A DNA stretch of 64,000 bases, taken from assembly GCA_043228905.1 (NCBI GenBank), contig JBHGNT010000013.1:12276001-12340000 (forward strand), written 5' to 3'. Source of the stretch: Azolla caroliniana (Eukaryota > Plantae > Polypodiophyta). Below, one piece after another: positions 1 to 14,400 of this stretch (the stretch's first letter is position 1; each line of letters opens with the position of its first letter). Made by a program: the position numbers and the translations under genes. Below the pieces are notes generated by a model. The model was not told where the DNA came from. It made no database searches and was given only the letters and a program-made list of their open reading frames with translations.

Positions 1-996
1 GAAAAGTAAAAGAAGAAAAAAGCGAGCCACCAAAACACAGTCTGAAACGAACGCTTATAACTCTTTCGTTTGGAAGCCAAATATCATGTTCAAATATGGG
101 TTAGAAAGCTTGTGAAGAGAGCTATCCGTAGCTTTTTAAAGCTCTAAATTTGGAGGTTAGACGAGGGAGATAAGACTATTAGAATATCGATGTGTCATAG
201 ATAAGAATAGGAGATGAAAAACTCTAAAAAAAGCATAAAAAAGAAAGCAAAGGAAACTTATCTAGTGGAAGAAAACTTTATATAAAGCAAGAAGAGTAAG
301 GTGGTAGGAGAGTCTCTTTCTTGTGGTGTTTTTCTTGTCTATTCATGTAGTGCGTTTTTCTAGTGATCAATTTATCCTTATAGGCTTGAGTTTATGTATC
401 TTCTTTCTCTCTTACTTATACCATAATAATTCATTATCAATAAATCTTTGTTGTTTTGGATCTATATATCTTATTTATCCCTCCATGGAGCGCCAAAATG
501 ATGAGAGAGAGATGATAGAAAAGAGAGATAAATAAGATATATAGATCCAAAACAACAAAGATTTATTGATAATGAATTATTATGGTATAAGTAAGAGAGA
601 AAGAAGATACATAAACTCAAGCCTACAAGGATAAATTGATCACTAGAAAAACGCATTACATGAATAGGCAAGAAAAACACCACAAGAAAGAGACTCCCCT
701 ACACCACTTACTCTTCTTGCTTTATATAAAGTTCTCTTCCACTAGATAAGTTTCCCTTGCTTTCTTTTTTATGCTTTTTTTAGAGTTTTTCATCTCCTAT
801 TCTTATCTGTGACACAACAATCTTCAAATCGTCATATCTCCCTCGTCCGAGCTCCAAATTTAGAGCTTTAAAAATCTATGGATATCTCTCTTCACAAGCT
901 TTCTAACCCATTATATTTGGATTCCAAACGAATGAGTTATGAGCGTTCGTTGTAGATTGTGTTTTGGTGGCCCGCTTTTTTCTGCTTTTACTTTTC
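1..996. repeat. Long inverted repeat (foldback): arms 1-479 and 527-996, 47-bp spacer; left arm probably continues beyond the window
   Basis: 1-40 is the near-exact reverse complement of ~957-996. The inner ends GGATCTATATATCTTATTTATC / GATAAATAAGATATATAGATCC match. Mirrored ORFs 323-535(+) and 471-683(-) translate almost identically. Confidence 0.95.
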
Positions 997-1130
997 TCCA
1001 TCTTTCTTGCTTTTAGTTTGACTTATCCTTGAGACCTTGGTTCGTGATCTTGCCCTCCAGATGTAAACGCACCATACCTTATATTCTTGTAGACTTCAAT
1101 ACCTTGAATTCTAAAAACACTTTCACAACA
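499..1130 (+). mobile_element. Probable solo LTR (TG...CA) forming the right arm of the foldback
   Basis: Starts TGATGAGAGAGAG, has a TATATAAA box at ~723, ends TTTCACAACA and abuts a LINE remnant. No clean TSD seen. Confidence 0.45.
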
Positions 1131-3650
1131 TCCAACCACAACATAAAATTCATGGCATGCTCTAATTACCTCATTGTCATAAACAATTGTGGGTCAATCA
1201 ACTCCTTAAAATAATGAACACATATTGTAATCATTGTAGTCGAGTCCACTGCAACGTCATCCCCTTGCTTAACATCTACCATATTAGATCGAGCATAGGT
1301 AGGATATAATGTTTGGAAAAACAAATGAGGTTGATGTTGATTATCTATATGTCCATCCCCTAAGTTGTCACATCTTAGCATAATGATAACTTTGACATTG
1401 CAAGCAATAAATAATGAATTGCAATTGACTTTGTATATCAAAAAGCTCATGATCTAATGGTACATGTATTAATAATGCATTACAACTAGAGCGAACTTGT
1501 GAGAATTGTTAAAGAAGGCCTTGTCGTCATTGCGCATTGCTTAACCCATACATACAAATAATGATCCCACGTCTTTACTCCTTTACTATTCACTTTTTGT
1601 GAAAAGTTCACCAATTTTTGCTCCATGAGAGAATCAACGTGAAGTTGAAGCAAAAGAGAAGAATTAAAGTGTAATGAAGGCAATCCAAGTATGAATTTAT
1701 GCATGTAAATTGAATTGCTCCAAACAAATAAGGAAATGCTCTAAACACCCCTAAAACTCCTAGAACTTTCATATTGGTAAAAAAGAATCAACATATATTC
1801 TATTTATTTGACTTCATGTCTATCTATGATGTGAGATTGGAAGGTAAAATTGCTCAAATCATTCCCATGCAACCATGTCCTACATCTAACTTACAACCAA
1901 TGAAACTTAAAACAATTTGTTTAGGATTATCCATGATCGAATGTTGTGGCGTAGATTGAGATGCATCAACACACATGTTAAAATCACGCATAAGTAATCT
2001 TGGGTAGTCCACAGATAGGGTCTTAAGAAGTGGGCCCCACAATGTAGTACTTTGAGTAGTTTGGTTAGGGGCATAAATCATACCAACTATACAACCTCAC
2101 CAAAATAAGTGATCTCTATAACAAAAACTGACCATACGAATAATTATACACAACTTAAGAATAATATTTATCTTGCACGATTAATACCACACTTGAATAA
2201 TGATTAGTACGATGTCAAGCATAGAATGATGAATATGTACATAGATGAATTGTGGATCCGTATAACTCGAGCCACTTATACTCATTCTCTACTTAATAAA
2301 GTTCCCATAATATATACTTCTTATGAGGAAAACATGTCCCTCTCGCATTGCATGTTAGCACTTTTATTCAATCAATGATGTTATGGGTGCACTTGATCCG
2401 TCAAAGCAACCAATGCCATGAAATTAGTCAAAGCATGTTCCAATGTTGCATATGGGTTTTCATACATCACATCCTTAGGGTTATCTAGAAAAACATTTTG
2501 TTTAGGTCCTCCAATCTAAGGAAAACCTCGAGGATTCAAAAGATTTACATGATGTTCAAATGAGTCAAATTGAGATTGAAGGGGTGATCCCTTATCTTTA
2601 AATTATTATTCCAATGAGCTTTTTGAGGCCCCTCCCTTGTTCTTGAACTAGCTTGCCAAGTAATATCATGAGTAGTGGACAAATTATTACGTTACATATT
2701 CATTCATTTCCCCTTTGACTTGCCTTTCACACAATGCCAATCTTTATCAACAATAACATCGATACTCGGCCTTTCAATTAATTTATTTGTCCTTATCCAT
2801 AAGAACTTCACTTTGATCTAGTAAATCTATATATTGATGTCCCTTATTCTTAGGCCCAAACTTTGAAGTTGGGCATCTTTGCCATATCTTCTAGATGATG
2901 TTCCTTCGTAACAACCAGAATATTCGACACAACATCTCTCCCAGCTCCTTCCTTACCATTCCTTTCATTAGGAATCTCTATAATCAAATGACAATGATGT
3001 TGGTATTTCGCCATAAAGTGGCCCCATTCACCACATCCAAAGCAACGACCTACAAATGCCTCCCACTTCAATTTAAAACAAATTATTTTCATACTAGGTG
3101 TGTTCATACACACCCATCCTAGCCTCTTATGACTTGTATCCCATAACACAAAATCTGCTCTTATTTGTAGCATTTTCCATGTGGAAATGCCAACACTTTA
3201 CTCATTTTCCTCATTAACTCTAGTAAAAGGGGCCATAAAAATGCAAACTTACAATCCACTATCACCCAAACAGGGCACTCTTGTTTCAACAAAGTGTGAT
3301 CGTCCACTACAAGGGGCCATTACATTCCTTGACCCAATTGTGAAACAAAGAACACTATGACTTTATCCAACAATGCACTTCGATGTTTAGAGGAATGAGA
3401 TATGACATCATAAAGCCCTCCACAATATTATACAACAAGGTATTTGCACCCCCCATAAATGGTCCCAATTATAATCATCCTTGTGGCCCTCATCTGCGTG
3501 TATTGCCTCCACATATGTCAATTTCTTTCCACTAATTACAACCTTAACAAATGGAGATAACATTAGTGTCAAACTTTTGCAAAACTTTAATATCGTGCTC
3601 GTAAGTTGCAATATTCGAGTGGTTTGGGCATGATAAGGACCTCATTGTCA
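1131..3650 (-). mobile_element. Degenerate L1-type LINE (ORF1 zinc knuckle and ORF2 endonuclease remnants)
   Basis: CFGCGEWGHFMAK knuckle remnant in 2850-3173; IYAPN...RDFN endonuclease motifs in 1854-2081; many stops. Confidence 0.75.
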
Positions 3651-4025
3651 AGGTCGTAGCCAAGGACAAGTTTAAAGTGAAGAAGAGAATGTGAACGGGA
3701 AAATGAGAGAGAAATCATAAGAAATTGACAATGTATTAACAATGAGAATAAGGGTTACAAGAATATATCGAAGATTGGTGTTGAACCATAAAGGTTCATC
3801 AATACTCGAATACATGCTTATATAGCATGGTTTGGACATATGCATACTTACCACCTCGTAGACACACACGATTGCCACTTAGCATTCATTCCAACATGCC
3901 ACTTTTCATTAATGGAAACATGCCACTTGGTGATCATGTGTTAGTCTATGCAAGGTGGTGACATATTATTATATTCCCAAATAATGTAATGAAAGTTTGA
4001 TAATAATACCATATATAATATAATT

Positions 4026-4082
4026 TATCCTAGTGGTTGAGGTTACACATCCTCCTTGAAGAGGTCATGGGTTCAAGTCTCT
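4026..4082 (+). other. Degenerate tRNA-like / SINE-head fragment
   Basis: A-box-like TCCTAGTGG and GAGGTCATGGGTTCAAGTCT B-box at tRNA spacing; no intact cloverleaf. Confidence 0.4.
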
Positions 4083-7000
4083 GTTACAAGTTTGGAGTTT
4101 TGGTATATGTTCATAACACTCATACGGGAAGAAGCTATCTTCAACACACCTTTAACTTGCAACGTTTAACAGTGATAATTTTTAGTTTGGATCAATTTTC
4201 AATTTTCATCTCACGTACATGAAGTGAGACAATACAGATGGTGGGCTCAACTATGCGAGTGCACTTATAAGGTTATAATGTGTTTATTTTGTCTGAATAA
4301 GCCACAAATATTGTTAAGAGTCTATTACTAATCAATAGACCAAATTAAAACAAAAGATAAGTGAATAGATTGGATAGAAGAACCTATTCTTCCTAACCAC
4401 CCCCAAGCTTATGATTAAAACATAGCCAATCTACCACCGACATCCCATATTGACAAATATTAGGATGACTAGTACCTTAAAATAATAGCATGATTGTTGC
4501 AATGAAAGCCTAGCCCGCACCACCGATGCTGAAGACTTTAACGATCGGACATAATGTGCTTGAGCCTCATATTTATACATCTCCCTAGGCCCCTTGAGTA
4601 GATGTGCTTTTCTAAAAGACTCTCCATTCATTGGTCGTGAAGCTCATGATAGTGCATGCACCTATCATTCCTTCTATCCAATCACATGAGCTCCTTTCCA
4701 ACATTAGTGAATATACCCTTCACTTATGTTTTATAAATATTAGTGACAAATCCTCACCTACGTTATATGTGCATCACTTGACGTCTCCATTCAAAATACA
4801 ATTGACCAACTTGTCTTTGTAACTGGACAATAGAATACATTCATCAAGAGCATACATCAATGAAACAATATCCACGAGGCAAAGATCGTGGGGCATTATG
4901 TCCCTTGGGGATAATACAATCCATCCATCAAATTGATGATAACTAGTTTCCAAATTTGACCAAGCTATAACCACACATCTCTTTGAGAGTATGATCAGCC
5001 TTACTCAAAATACAAACTAGAGTAGGCGCCAAGTGATACCTTCAAACGCATCCACCAAAAGACAACATCAATATATGATGATGATAGAAAGAGGAGCAAA
5101 GAGTGCATTGGAGATGAGGATGTCATTCTCCCATTGAAGTACTTGTATCCAGCGGTTCGTGCATTAGTGGACCGCAAACACAGATTAACTACATGGCCTA
5201 GCGTTGGCAGGGACCCCTTCAAGTCGATAGCTTTTTGGCAGCAAGCTAGCAAGCAGGGTATATTACGAATACAGAGACGGAAATGGCAATAGGAGCGGAG
5301 AACGCTATTGCAGCATTGTCGGAACTACAACATTGTACACAAGTTCGAATTGACAAAATCAAAGCCTAGCATGGTTTTTTGTCGAGGCTATGCTTCGTAT
5401 CCTGAAACCCAAGAATCAGCGAAGAGAATCTTGAATTTCTCAGGCAGGATTTCATTTCTAGCGCGAACTGATCAGAAGCCCGCTACGGATAGACCATCAT
5501 TGGGGCCGAAGATAATGGTGGTTCCATCGAGGCCGACGATGGTGGTCCCGGGCCAAAGGTGGTGGTGGTGCTGCACTGAGGCTTCTTTCATTTCCCGAGG
5601 AAGAGTTGTGGCCCTTCTTGCTGATTCGCTGGGGTTCGCGTCCTTATTATACCACTGCACGCGGCTGCGCATTGACTGTGAGTTCATTAGCCGGCAGCTA
5701 AGCAGCAATCACACATGGAGAAGATGTGCCAGACCCAGAGATACCAAGGGGTGCGTGCCCGCTTCTTCCGCCGTGCCGGCCGCAGAGAAGAGATACACCA
5801 GACCTTGCTTGAAAGTTGCAGCCAGTTAGAAAATATGCTAGAACCGGCCGGCAGAAAGCTGACAACAGCAAGCAGGCAGGGATGCATCCAGCAACAAAAA
5901 TGCGCCAGACCTAGAAACCAAAGACGAGCAAAAGAAAAGAAAAGGACAAACGAGGGGATATGAATGCAGCCAACAGAGGGTATACCAGAAGCCGCCAGAA
6001 GCAGCAGATGACCTGTTACTACAAAAAAAACAGCTGCACATAGCAGAAGCCACTTCCAGGAAGATGAGGTGTAGAGCTGAACTGCGGACAGAGCGTGAAG
6101 AATTATGAAATTCGAGAAGAATCTGTTACACCAACTATCAGAATTACGAACACAAAAAGCAGCCAGCCGGACTGCAGCCATGCTGCGCACCTTTGGTGGA
6201 GCTGCGAGACAAACGTAAAGCGGCAGCTAACAGACTACAGTGAAGCTAGACTACAAGCCATTAGTAAACCCTGATGATTAGGTTCAGCTGTTGGCTGTGC
6301 CCGCGTATATCAATCCATTTTTTCTGTTTGCTGTGATGCGGCATGAAACAATGAACCACAGAGACGATTTGCCAGCCAACCGGGAAGTTAAACTACGAAC
6401 CAAGACCGTGCTCATCCCTGCTCGTTGCTGAAGCTAACATGCACTGATGAGGAGTTGAACCTTATGCAAGGAGCTCTGTTAGCTCTTAGTACATCAAAAG
6501 AAATCAGTAAAGTAAGTAGAGCTCTTGCCTAAAACACAAAAAACAAGGTAAACTTTAATATTGGAAATTATTCATGTTATCTTTTACGATTAATATCCTA
6601 CCTTACTGATTCAATTCTTCTCTTTCCATTTCTTTCACTTTAGAAGCACCCGGTAGGGTCTTGTATCTACTAGAGCTAGACCTTTGACTTCTATAAGGTT
6701 CTTCCTCTTTCTTCTACTTTGCTTTATTTTAGAAGCACCCACCTGCTACTTCCTCTTTTTTATTTTTCACATGGTACTATTATCTGTTTTTCAAGATGAT
6801 CGCCTGCCACACAATAATTTTCTATTAAAATGTTTCAATCATTCAATACCTCCTTTTGACAGCATAGTACATTCTTTTCTAACTTTGCATTGTACTTATG
6901 TATCAAACTCATGGCCTTGGGTGTCCTAGGAATAAGTTTTGATATGTCATACAACCAACTGGACTACACATTTTATATGCCAACAATGGCCCAATCGACT

Positions 7001-7142
7001 CTCTAGAGCATGTTGCAAGGGTGCAATGTTTCATGCCCACACTTTAGTTGAGGACCTTGGTTCCACTGAAATACCCCAAATGCAAGATCTCAAAATGATT
7101 ACCTAGCCTCCTGTCCATGAATGTTTTGCATTGGCATAGTCT

Positions 7143-9593
7143 CTAGCTTTTTTGAACCTCTCGTACATTAGCAAAAGCATAAATGTTAGACAGACAAATA
7201 TATGCTATTTGGTCTTCTTCTCTCAGTTGGACTGCACATTCAAAAGCAAGTGTTCCAACCTCTAGATTGCCCCACTTTTGGCAGGCACCAAGGACAATAT
7301 GCCACACTGCAAGATCAGGAGAAAATGGCATCTTATTAGTCATTGCTATTGCATTATCAATTTGGCCTGCACGACTATATAGATCAATCATACAAGTATA
7401 ATGCTCTAGAGTAGGCAAGATGTTATAATTTCTTAGCATATCCGCAAAATAACTTTCCCCTGTATCTATGAGACCTGAATGGCTGCAGACATTGAGAACA
7501 GAAAAGAAGGTGATCAAGTTTGGCACCACACCATCCATAATCATTCTATCAAAGGTATGACAAACAGATCTACAATCCCCAAGCTGTGCATACCCAGTAA
7601 TCAGTGAAGTCCATGATACAATATCACGCAATGGAAGTCTCTCAAAAACTTCTTGTGCTTCTGCAATAGAGCCACATTTGACATACATTTCAACTAATGT
7701 TTTGCCGACAAGTTCTTTATCCAATAATCCTTTTTTAGCAATCTCAACATGTAATACCTTGCCTTTTTCTGAGCATCCTATATTGCCACAAGCTCTAAGA
7801 ATAATACTATATGTTATGACATCCGGGGACAGATGCTCGATTTGCATTTGTTCATAATACTCGAAGACTTCTGCATTATCACCTAATTCAACATATGCCC
7901 AAATTAATACATTCCAGGAGACCACATCTCTATTTGGCATTCTATTAAACACTTCCTTTGCTTCTGCAAATAAGCCACATTTTCCATATGCATCAACTAC
8001 TGCATTTCCAATAAGAAGGTCATCCTCAAAAAATCCTTTTCTTATTATATCAATATGTAGTTCTTGACATTTTTCAGTGAGCTTTATGCTGCTGCAAGCC
8101 TTCAAAATGCAGGCTAGTGTTGTGGCATCCGGAGAGAAACCCTGTGTCTGCATCTGTTTAAAATGCACTAGTGCTTCATTGCTATATCCATATTCCACAT
8201 ATCCGGAAAGTAATGCATTCCAGGAAACTATGTCTCGAGCAAAAAGATTGTTGAACACTGCTTGCATTTCTGAAAGAAAACCACACTTTGCATACATATC
8301 AACTAGCGCATTTCCAATAACAAGATCTCCTTCTATTAAACCTCTCTTTGAAATAATAATGTGAACTTCTTGTCCCTGCTTCACATCACTAATACTACCG
8401 CAAGCTTTCACAATACAAAGAAACGTGACATTGTCCGGAAAAACTTGCTCCTCTTGCATCTCTTTGAAGCATTTCAAAGCTTCATTTCCATTCCCATCTT
8501 CTACATATCCCGAGATTAGGGCAGTCCAAGCTACCAAGTCTCGGTGCAGAAGTCCATCAAATTCTTCCTTTGCTTTTGCTAACAAACCACATTTCGCATA
8601 CATACCAACCAATGCATTATTAATGGAGAGTTCTTTCTGATACATCTTGTTCTTTTCAATTTCTCCATGTATTTCTTCGCCTCTCTCTGCAGCTTTAATG
8701 GCACCACAAGCTCTCAAGGTGCAAACATAAGTAGCAGCCGTAGGTGAGAAACCTTGTATTTTCATCTGATCAAAACAACGTAAAGCGTCTTCACCATATC
8801 CATGTTCAGCATACCCTGAGATCATTGCATTCCATGAAACAGAATCTCGTATCGGAAGCCTCAAAAAGACATCTTGAGCTGTCGAAATTAAGCCGAGCTT
8901 GGCATACATGTGGACCAAAGTATTACCAACAAATAGATCTATATCTAGAAATCCGAGTTTTACAACCTCGGCATGAATAGAATGACCACATTGTACATCT
9001 CTTGTGTTAGTGCATGCCTTGAGAATAGCAACAAAGATAAATCCGTCAGGAGATACAAATTTATCTTCTTTCATGGCATGGTACAGGGCTATAGCTCTCT
9101 GAGGTTTACCACACCTAATATACCCTGAGATAAGCGAAGTCCAAGAAGCTTCATTGCGATAGTCTAGCTTATCAAATATTTTCTGAGCTTCGTTAACGTT
9201 TCCAGATTCAGCCAACAAAGGGATTAGACCATTGCCAATGGAAACCTGGTTTTCCAGACCATTTTTCTGTATGCAAGAATACAAGCGCGGAACATACCCT
9301 CGTTTATCTCTGCATTTACTCAGCAAAGAGATGAATTCTTGCACGGAGGGCCGGAGATGGGAGTCTGATTCTAAAGCTCTGAGGGCATGTTCGGGGTCAT
9401 GAGGGCTCCGAGCATTCTGTGGTGTCGGGGAGGAGGCGATGGTGTTAGGTAGCTTCAGGCAGGGGAGAGGATAATCGGATTGCACCTGTCTGCGAAGAAG
9501 AAGAAACGATGGCGGTCCTTCGGTGGCTGGGAATGGGGAGACCCCTCCTGTTGCTGCTGTGTGAGCCATGGAGCTTTCCATTGAAGCTAGCAT
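7143..9593 (-). CDS. Intronless PLS-class pentatricopeptide repeat protein with C-terminal E domain, no DYW; likely organellar RNA-editing specificity factor
   Basis: 816-aa ORF of repeated P-L-S motifs (RDSVSWNAMISGYAEHG, GNALVDMYAKCG) ending in E-domain text MPFSPDLAVWHIVLGACQKWGN...AYICLSNIYA; N-terminus resembles a transit peptide. Confidence 0.95.
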   Translation of the reverse strand: MLASMESSMAHTAATGGVSPFPATEGPPSFLLLRRQVQSDYPLPCLKLPNTIASSPTPQNARSPHDPEHALRALESDSHLRPSVQEFISLLSKCRDKRGYVPRLYSCIQKNGLENQVSIGNGLIPLLAESGNVNEAQKIFDKLDYRNEASWTSLISGYIRCGKPQRAIALYHAMKEDKFVSPDGFIFVAILKACTNTRDVQCGHSIHAEVVKLGFLDIDLFVGNTLVHMYAKLGLISTAQDVFLRLPIRDSVSWNAMISGYAEHGYGEDALRCFDQMKIQGFSPTAATYVCTLRACGAIKAAERGEEIHGEIEKNKMYQKELSINNALVGMYAKCGLLAKAKEEFDGLLHRDLVAWTALISGYVEDGNGNEALKCFKEMQEEQVFPDNVTFLCIVKACGSISDVKQGQEVHIIISKRGLIEGDLVIGNALVDMYAKCGFLSEMQAVFNNLFARDIVSWNALLSGYVEYGYSNEALVHFKQMQTQGFSPDATTLACILKACSSIKLTEKCQELHIDIIRKGFFEDDLLIGNAVVDAYGKCGLFAEAKEVFNRMPNRDVVSWNVLIWAYVELGDNAEVFEYYEQMQIEHLSPDVITYSIILRACGNIGCSEKGKVLHVEIAKKGLLDKELVGKTLVEMYVKCGSIAEAQEVFERLPLRDIVSWTSLITGYAQLGDCRSVCHTFDRMIMDGVVPNLITFFSVLNVCSHSGLIDTGESYFADMLRNYNILPTLEHYTCMIDLYSRAGQIDNAIAMTNKMPFSPDLAVWHIVLGACQKWGNLEVGTLAFECAVQLREEDQIAYICLSNIYAFANVREVQKS

Positions 9594-11410
9594 CTTCTTC
9601 TTCTTCTTCTTTTAAATAAATAAATAATAATAGCTCTGCATAAGAACTCATATGTTGGTGATGGCGAAGGATCTCATCTCCGTGTGTTTCCGGAAACTTC
9701 TCGGTCGGTCGATCCAACGTTCGGGTTCGTGTCCGCATGTTCGTGTTCGTGCTCGTGCTCGTGTTCATCCACTATATGACCTGCCCAGCTCGTGACCTAT
9801 CCGGTACAACCCACCTCTCGTAGCTTTGTTACCCACCTGTAAGAGACCGACCCCGTCTGTCATGGATCATCATCTGATCACCACCTGTTTGTTTCGTGCC
9901 ACGACCTCACAAAGTGGTGGGTCGAAGATTTTTAACTCCTTCGTGGACTCGGGAGGCTACACTACACACCCCTTCTCGATGATGGTTATCGCTTTGGACA
10001 TGATCATACGATCGTTGCAATCCACATTGCCCAACCTTGGACAAGTTATTGTCGGTCTCAACTCGAGATACTGAATTATGCATGTTCTCTTCATAACATA
10101 GTGCATTGTTTATTATGTGGCGCATTAGAGAGAGATGCCAGAAAGCAATGTAAAATAGTTGTGATTGATCAATGTAAGTTGAACAACACTGTGCTCGTAT
10201 CAATTCACCACCTTCCCTCCCACCCACTTCATGCATGAGAAGTCGGAGAGAGTGCGCTAATATATGGAAAAGGCTAGGTATATTTAAGTAAAAAAGTGAA
10301 ATAAATTGTGATGTACATATAAAAATGTCTCTATATGTAACCCATACTAGCATGTTGTGAAGTCTCTTTATGGTGATTCCATGTGGTTGAAATGCCATTT
10401 ATTATTCAAGCTATGGTGTTGGTTTTCTCAACTCTCACTTTTTTTTTTAGGGAGCACCTTGCAAAGGTCATGATTTTAAGAGAAGTTATCAATGTGCATG
10501 ATCTTAATAAATGTACAAATGCAAGATTTCACATAGTGAACACACCATTGGTACTTTATGTTCAAAACATGGATCCCATTACGACTCGGGGATTACAAAG
10601 CATAACGTTTACCCCCGTTACACCACAAAACCAAGTTTTTGCATTCATATATATATATATATATTTGAAGAATAAAGAATAAGGATTAATGTTGTGAATA
10701 GATAGAGATCGTATAAGCAAGGGATATATAAAAAGGACATTGTGCAAACAAAACACATGGCCTTGATGTTAGTGAGATCATGCATACCACACACTTGAGA
10801 CGTCAATTCTTTCATGTATTATCTATCTTATGGTTTTGCACGAGATGAGAAACATGTAGAGTCAGAGAAATCGAAATGAGGCGCGGCCATGAATGTGTGT
10901 GTACACGCAATGCAATTGGACCATAGATTCGTTGGACGGCAAAAGACCGTGCATGCGTGTGGTAATGGTGGCCTATCCATCTAACTAACCTCAATTAAGG
11001 TTTAATTAGGGACCGTCTTTTTAATCCAATGTCAAATGTCAATAAGTTGAAACAAACTTCACAAACAAATAGTAGAGACAAACAACATGGTATGTAATTG
11101 CAAATTTTATACTAAGCTAATTATAACAGATACATACTCATAAAATAATGTGTTAAACTATGTATTATAAGCTATATAACCACAAAAAACCCTAAATATG
11201 ATGGATTAAAACAGACACAGACACCCGTCTTCGTAAGGTGATTCCTGTAATCTTTGCATTCCAAATTCAGCTTGTCATACCCTCAAACCTGGTTCAGGTT
11301 CAAGTGTTTTTAGGTGTATGGATATTTGTTTTGCAGTTTATTTGGCTTATTCATTCATATATGTGCATGATTGTAGCTACATGTAATCATGTCATTCAAT
11401 GATTGCAGTC

Positions 11411-14400
11411 ATGGAGGAGCCTGTCAAAGGTGAAGTCAGGCGTTTGGCAGATATTTTCTCCACAGATGATACAGAGAGGGCCTCCCTTCATGTTAAGACT
11501 GCTATTGATTCTCAGAAACACACTCTTCGCACTCTTCAAGGTTTTGCTCACGAGAATGAGGAGCTCATAAAGCTTGTTGAGAATCTTCCAAATAAAGTAT
11601 CGCATAGCATAATGGTTAGTAAACAGCTCGCTCCTACACAACAGTATATGCGAATTAAGACATTTGGGTAGTACAGTAACCAATGAATCAAATTGATAAC
11701 CTATATACTCTACCTCTGTGATTTGGGATGTAGCCAACATGTGATTTAACAAAAGGCACTGGCATTTGACTATTTCAGTTTCTACATATCAGAGGTTAAT
11801 TGTACTAATTTGTGGGTGCTTCTTGTGGATGCATTGATTTGATAGTGTGGAATTTGGAATTGATGTGTGATGGGGAATAACAAATATTGTGGCCAGTGAC
11901 TGCATGACATGGATATTGAAACTCTTTTAACACACTAACTTAGCATACAAACACCAAGTAAACAGAAATTATTTTGAGGGCATTCTTCCCATTTATCGTA
12001 TCAAAACATAATTTTCCTGCCCTCCCTCTCATGTTTCTGGTGATTTGTAATGTTAACGAGGAAATCTATTTTGCTGTGAGTTGTAAATGCAATGGGAGTT
12101 TGTGACTGCTGAAAGCCCTTCACAAACAAAGATATTTTTCTATTAAAATTATTGATGTCCGCGAGGAAAACAGAAATGATTAGTCTTTCTATCTTGACAT
12201 GTTTTCAGGTTCCTTTTGGGAAATCGGCATTTTTTCCGGGCCGATTGGTGCATACAAACGAATTTTTGGTACTGATTTACCCTACATGTACCCAGTTTTA
12301 GTAACTTGAAAGGTTGATGAGCATCACTTTTGCTTCATTTATGCAGGTCCTCTTGGGTGAAAGCTATTATGCTGAGTGCTCTGCTAAACAAACAGTAGAA
12401 ATTTTGGACAGACGAGGAAATCTTTTGAATTCTAGAATTGATGCTGTCAAATCACAGCTTGCAGATCTTGATATGGAGTCTCGTTTCTTTAGTGAAACCA
12501 TTGCTGAAGCTTCTGTGAGTATGCTAGTTTGTATTTTTTTTTGGTCTTTTGGCTTGAAACTCACTTAATTTGTCCCTAATAGTTAAGATGCTGTAAGAGA
12601 AGTGAAATAATCAGATTTATAATAGTCTTTTATGGTAAGTGTGCAATTTTCTTCCATATATATTGAAATCCATGAAATTATTCTTGAAATTGTTTCTCTA
12701 CATATAATGTGCTGTTTAGATTAAGAGAGAGGACATCTGATGTGCTAGTTTGCATTTGGGGTGGCTTACGCTTTCTCCAATGTTCCATCAACATCAGAGG
12801 TCACAAAGAGTGTTACCCCTAAGGCAGGAAAGCTGCCACAGGATTGGATAATGATGATGGGCATTTCTGGACAGCTATACTGATAACTCTGATGCTGTTA
12901 TGACATGGACATGGACAATATGCTTTATCCCAATCTACCTCTGTAGATTTATCAAGGCTCAAAGTTCTATAAAAGGTTTGGTAGGATAGTTACTCTATGA
13001 AATACATAATTAACCTAGTGAACATAATAATAACCACATGGACAAGGCTTGAGACTTCTTTCTATCAATCATAAATCTTCCAAGCTAAGGTCCATTAGCT
13101 GGCTAGAGAAATGGGCAAAAGATGGAAGAGGTGCAGTAACAAAAGAGAAGAAAAGAGGAAAAAACCAACTACATTTCATTCTCGATCTTGCTGCCATTGT
13201 CAAGGAGAGCATGAGCAGCACAGCACTGAACCATTGACAAAGGTTTATACCCTTTAAAACAGCAATATAGATTAAGAAATGCAATTAGATAATCTCATGG
13301 TGACCAAGTCTTCTGCCAAGTTAAAATATAGGAAATTATGATCATCTTGTCAAGAATGTTTCATGTACCTTAGGGTACCAACGAATTTACCACAGCCTCA
13401 TGTCTTGATCTCTACTAGTTTTCTTAGGAATGTCCTAAGAATGATATTCTATAATCATATTTCTCTGGTTTAGGGTTCTCGTTTGTGTCAGTAAAAGTGC
13501 CATTCGTGCATTTCATATGGGAGAATTATATTCTCAATCATGTTTTATCACAGGGTGTTTCGTTGTGTGCTACAAGTACAGTTATTTTTATATCTGTAAC
13601 TTATGGGCCATTCATTAACATAAAATGAATTCCCCCTACCACCGTAACTAAATGATTACTTCCCCTATCTGCACAATGCAAGTTGCAAATGATGTGGAAT
13701 GCATAAAAACCTCATTTATCTTTTCAGCTATGTAAAACTCTGGCATCTTTGAATAATTCATGCTTGATTATTCAAGATCCTTTCACATTTTTCCTTAGAA
13801 ATTTGTTTTCTTCAGTGTATTGATCACTTGCTTCAGGAATTATGATAGCCATATATCAGATTATCGCTACTTCACTCTTAACCAAATTAATTTTCACTAA
13901 ACATGCAACATGGTGTCATACTAAAATGATTGGTCTTTGTGAACATTTTTTATGTCAACAGGCTGGTGTTGTAGACATCAGAGAGGAGTTTGTGGAGTCG
14001 GGCTCAATGGCAAAGTCAAGTCCTGTAGTCCTAGGTCAGCTTGATCAATATTGATAGAAATTAGAACATTTTATAACACATGTTCAAATCTTATATGGCT
14101 TAAAAACTCCAGAAAAGCATGGTGAAAGATCATTGCCAGTGTTAAGTGAAAATGTGATGGAAACGAACATTGTTGATTTAAAGGATGAAGACAAAGAGCA
14201 TGAACTCCTGATGGCACGTTTGGAGGAACTGGAAGCAGCAGAGGCTGCTGCAGAAGCATTGGAAAATGAGGATGAAGATAGATTTGAAGAGTTCATTTCT
14301 GAAACTAAAGATCGTGGTAGGAGGGAAATAAAAGATCTTCATGATAATAAAAAGATCTCTGATCAATCAAAAGATATAACTAAACTTAACAGTGAAGTAT

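Noticed and set aside
323-683. Twin 70-aa hydrophobic ORFs on opposite strands
   Set aside because: By-product of the inverted repeat; non-ATG starts and no domain.
4430-6500. GC-richer block with ORFs 5308-5829 and 5687-6190
   Set aside because: No recognisable motif, termini or splice structure; probably a decayed repeat, cannot be called.
7143-7300. PPR lacking a DYW domain as a pseudogene sign
   Set aside because: E-class PLS proteins without DYW are common and the ORF is intact.
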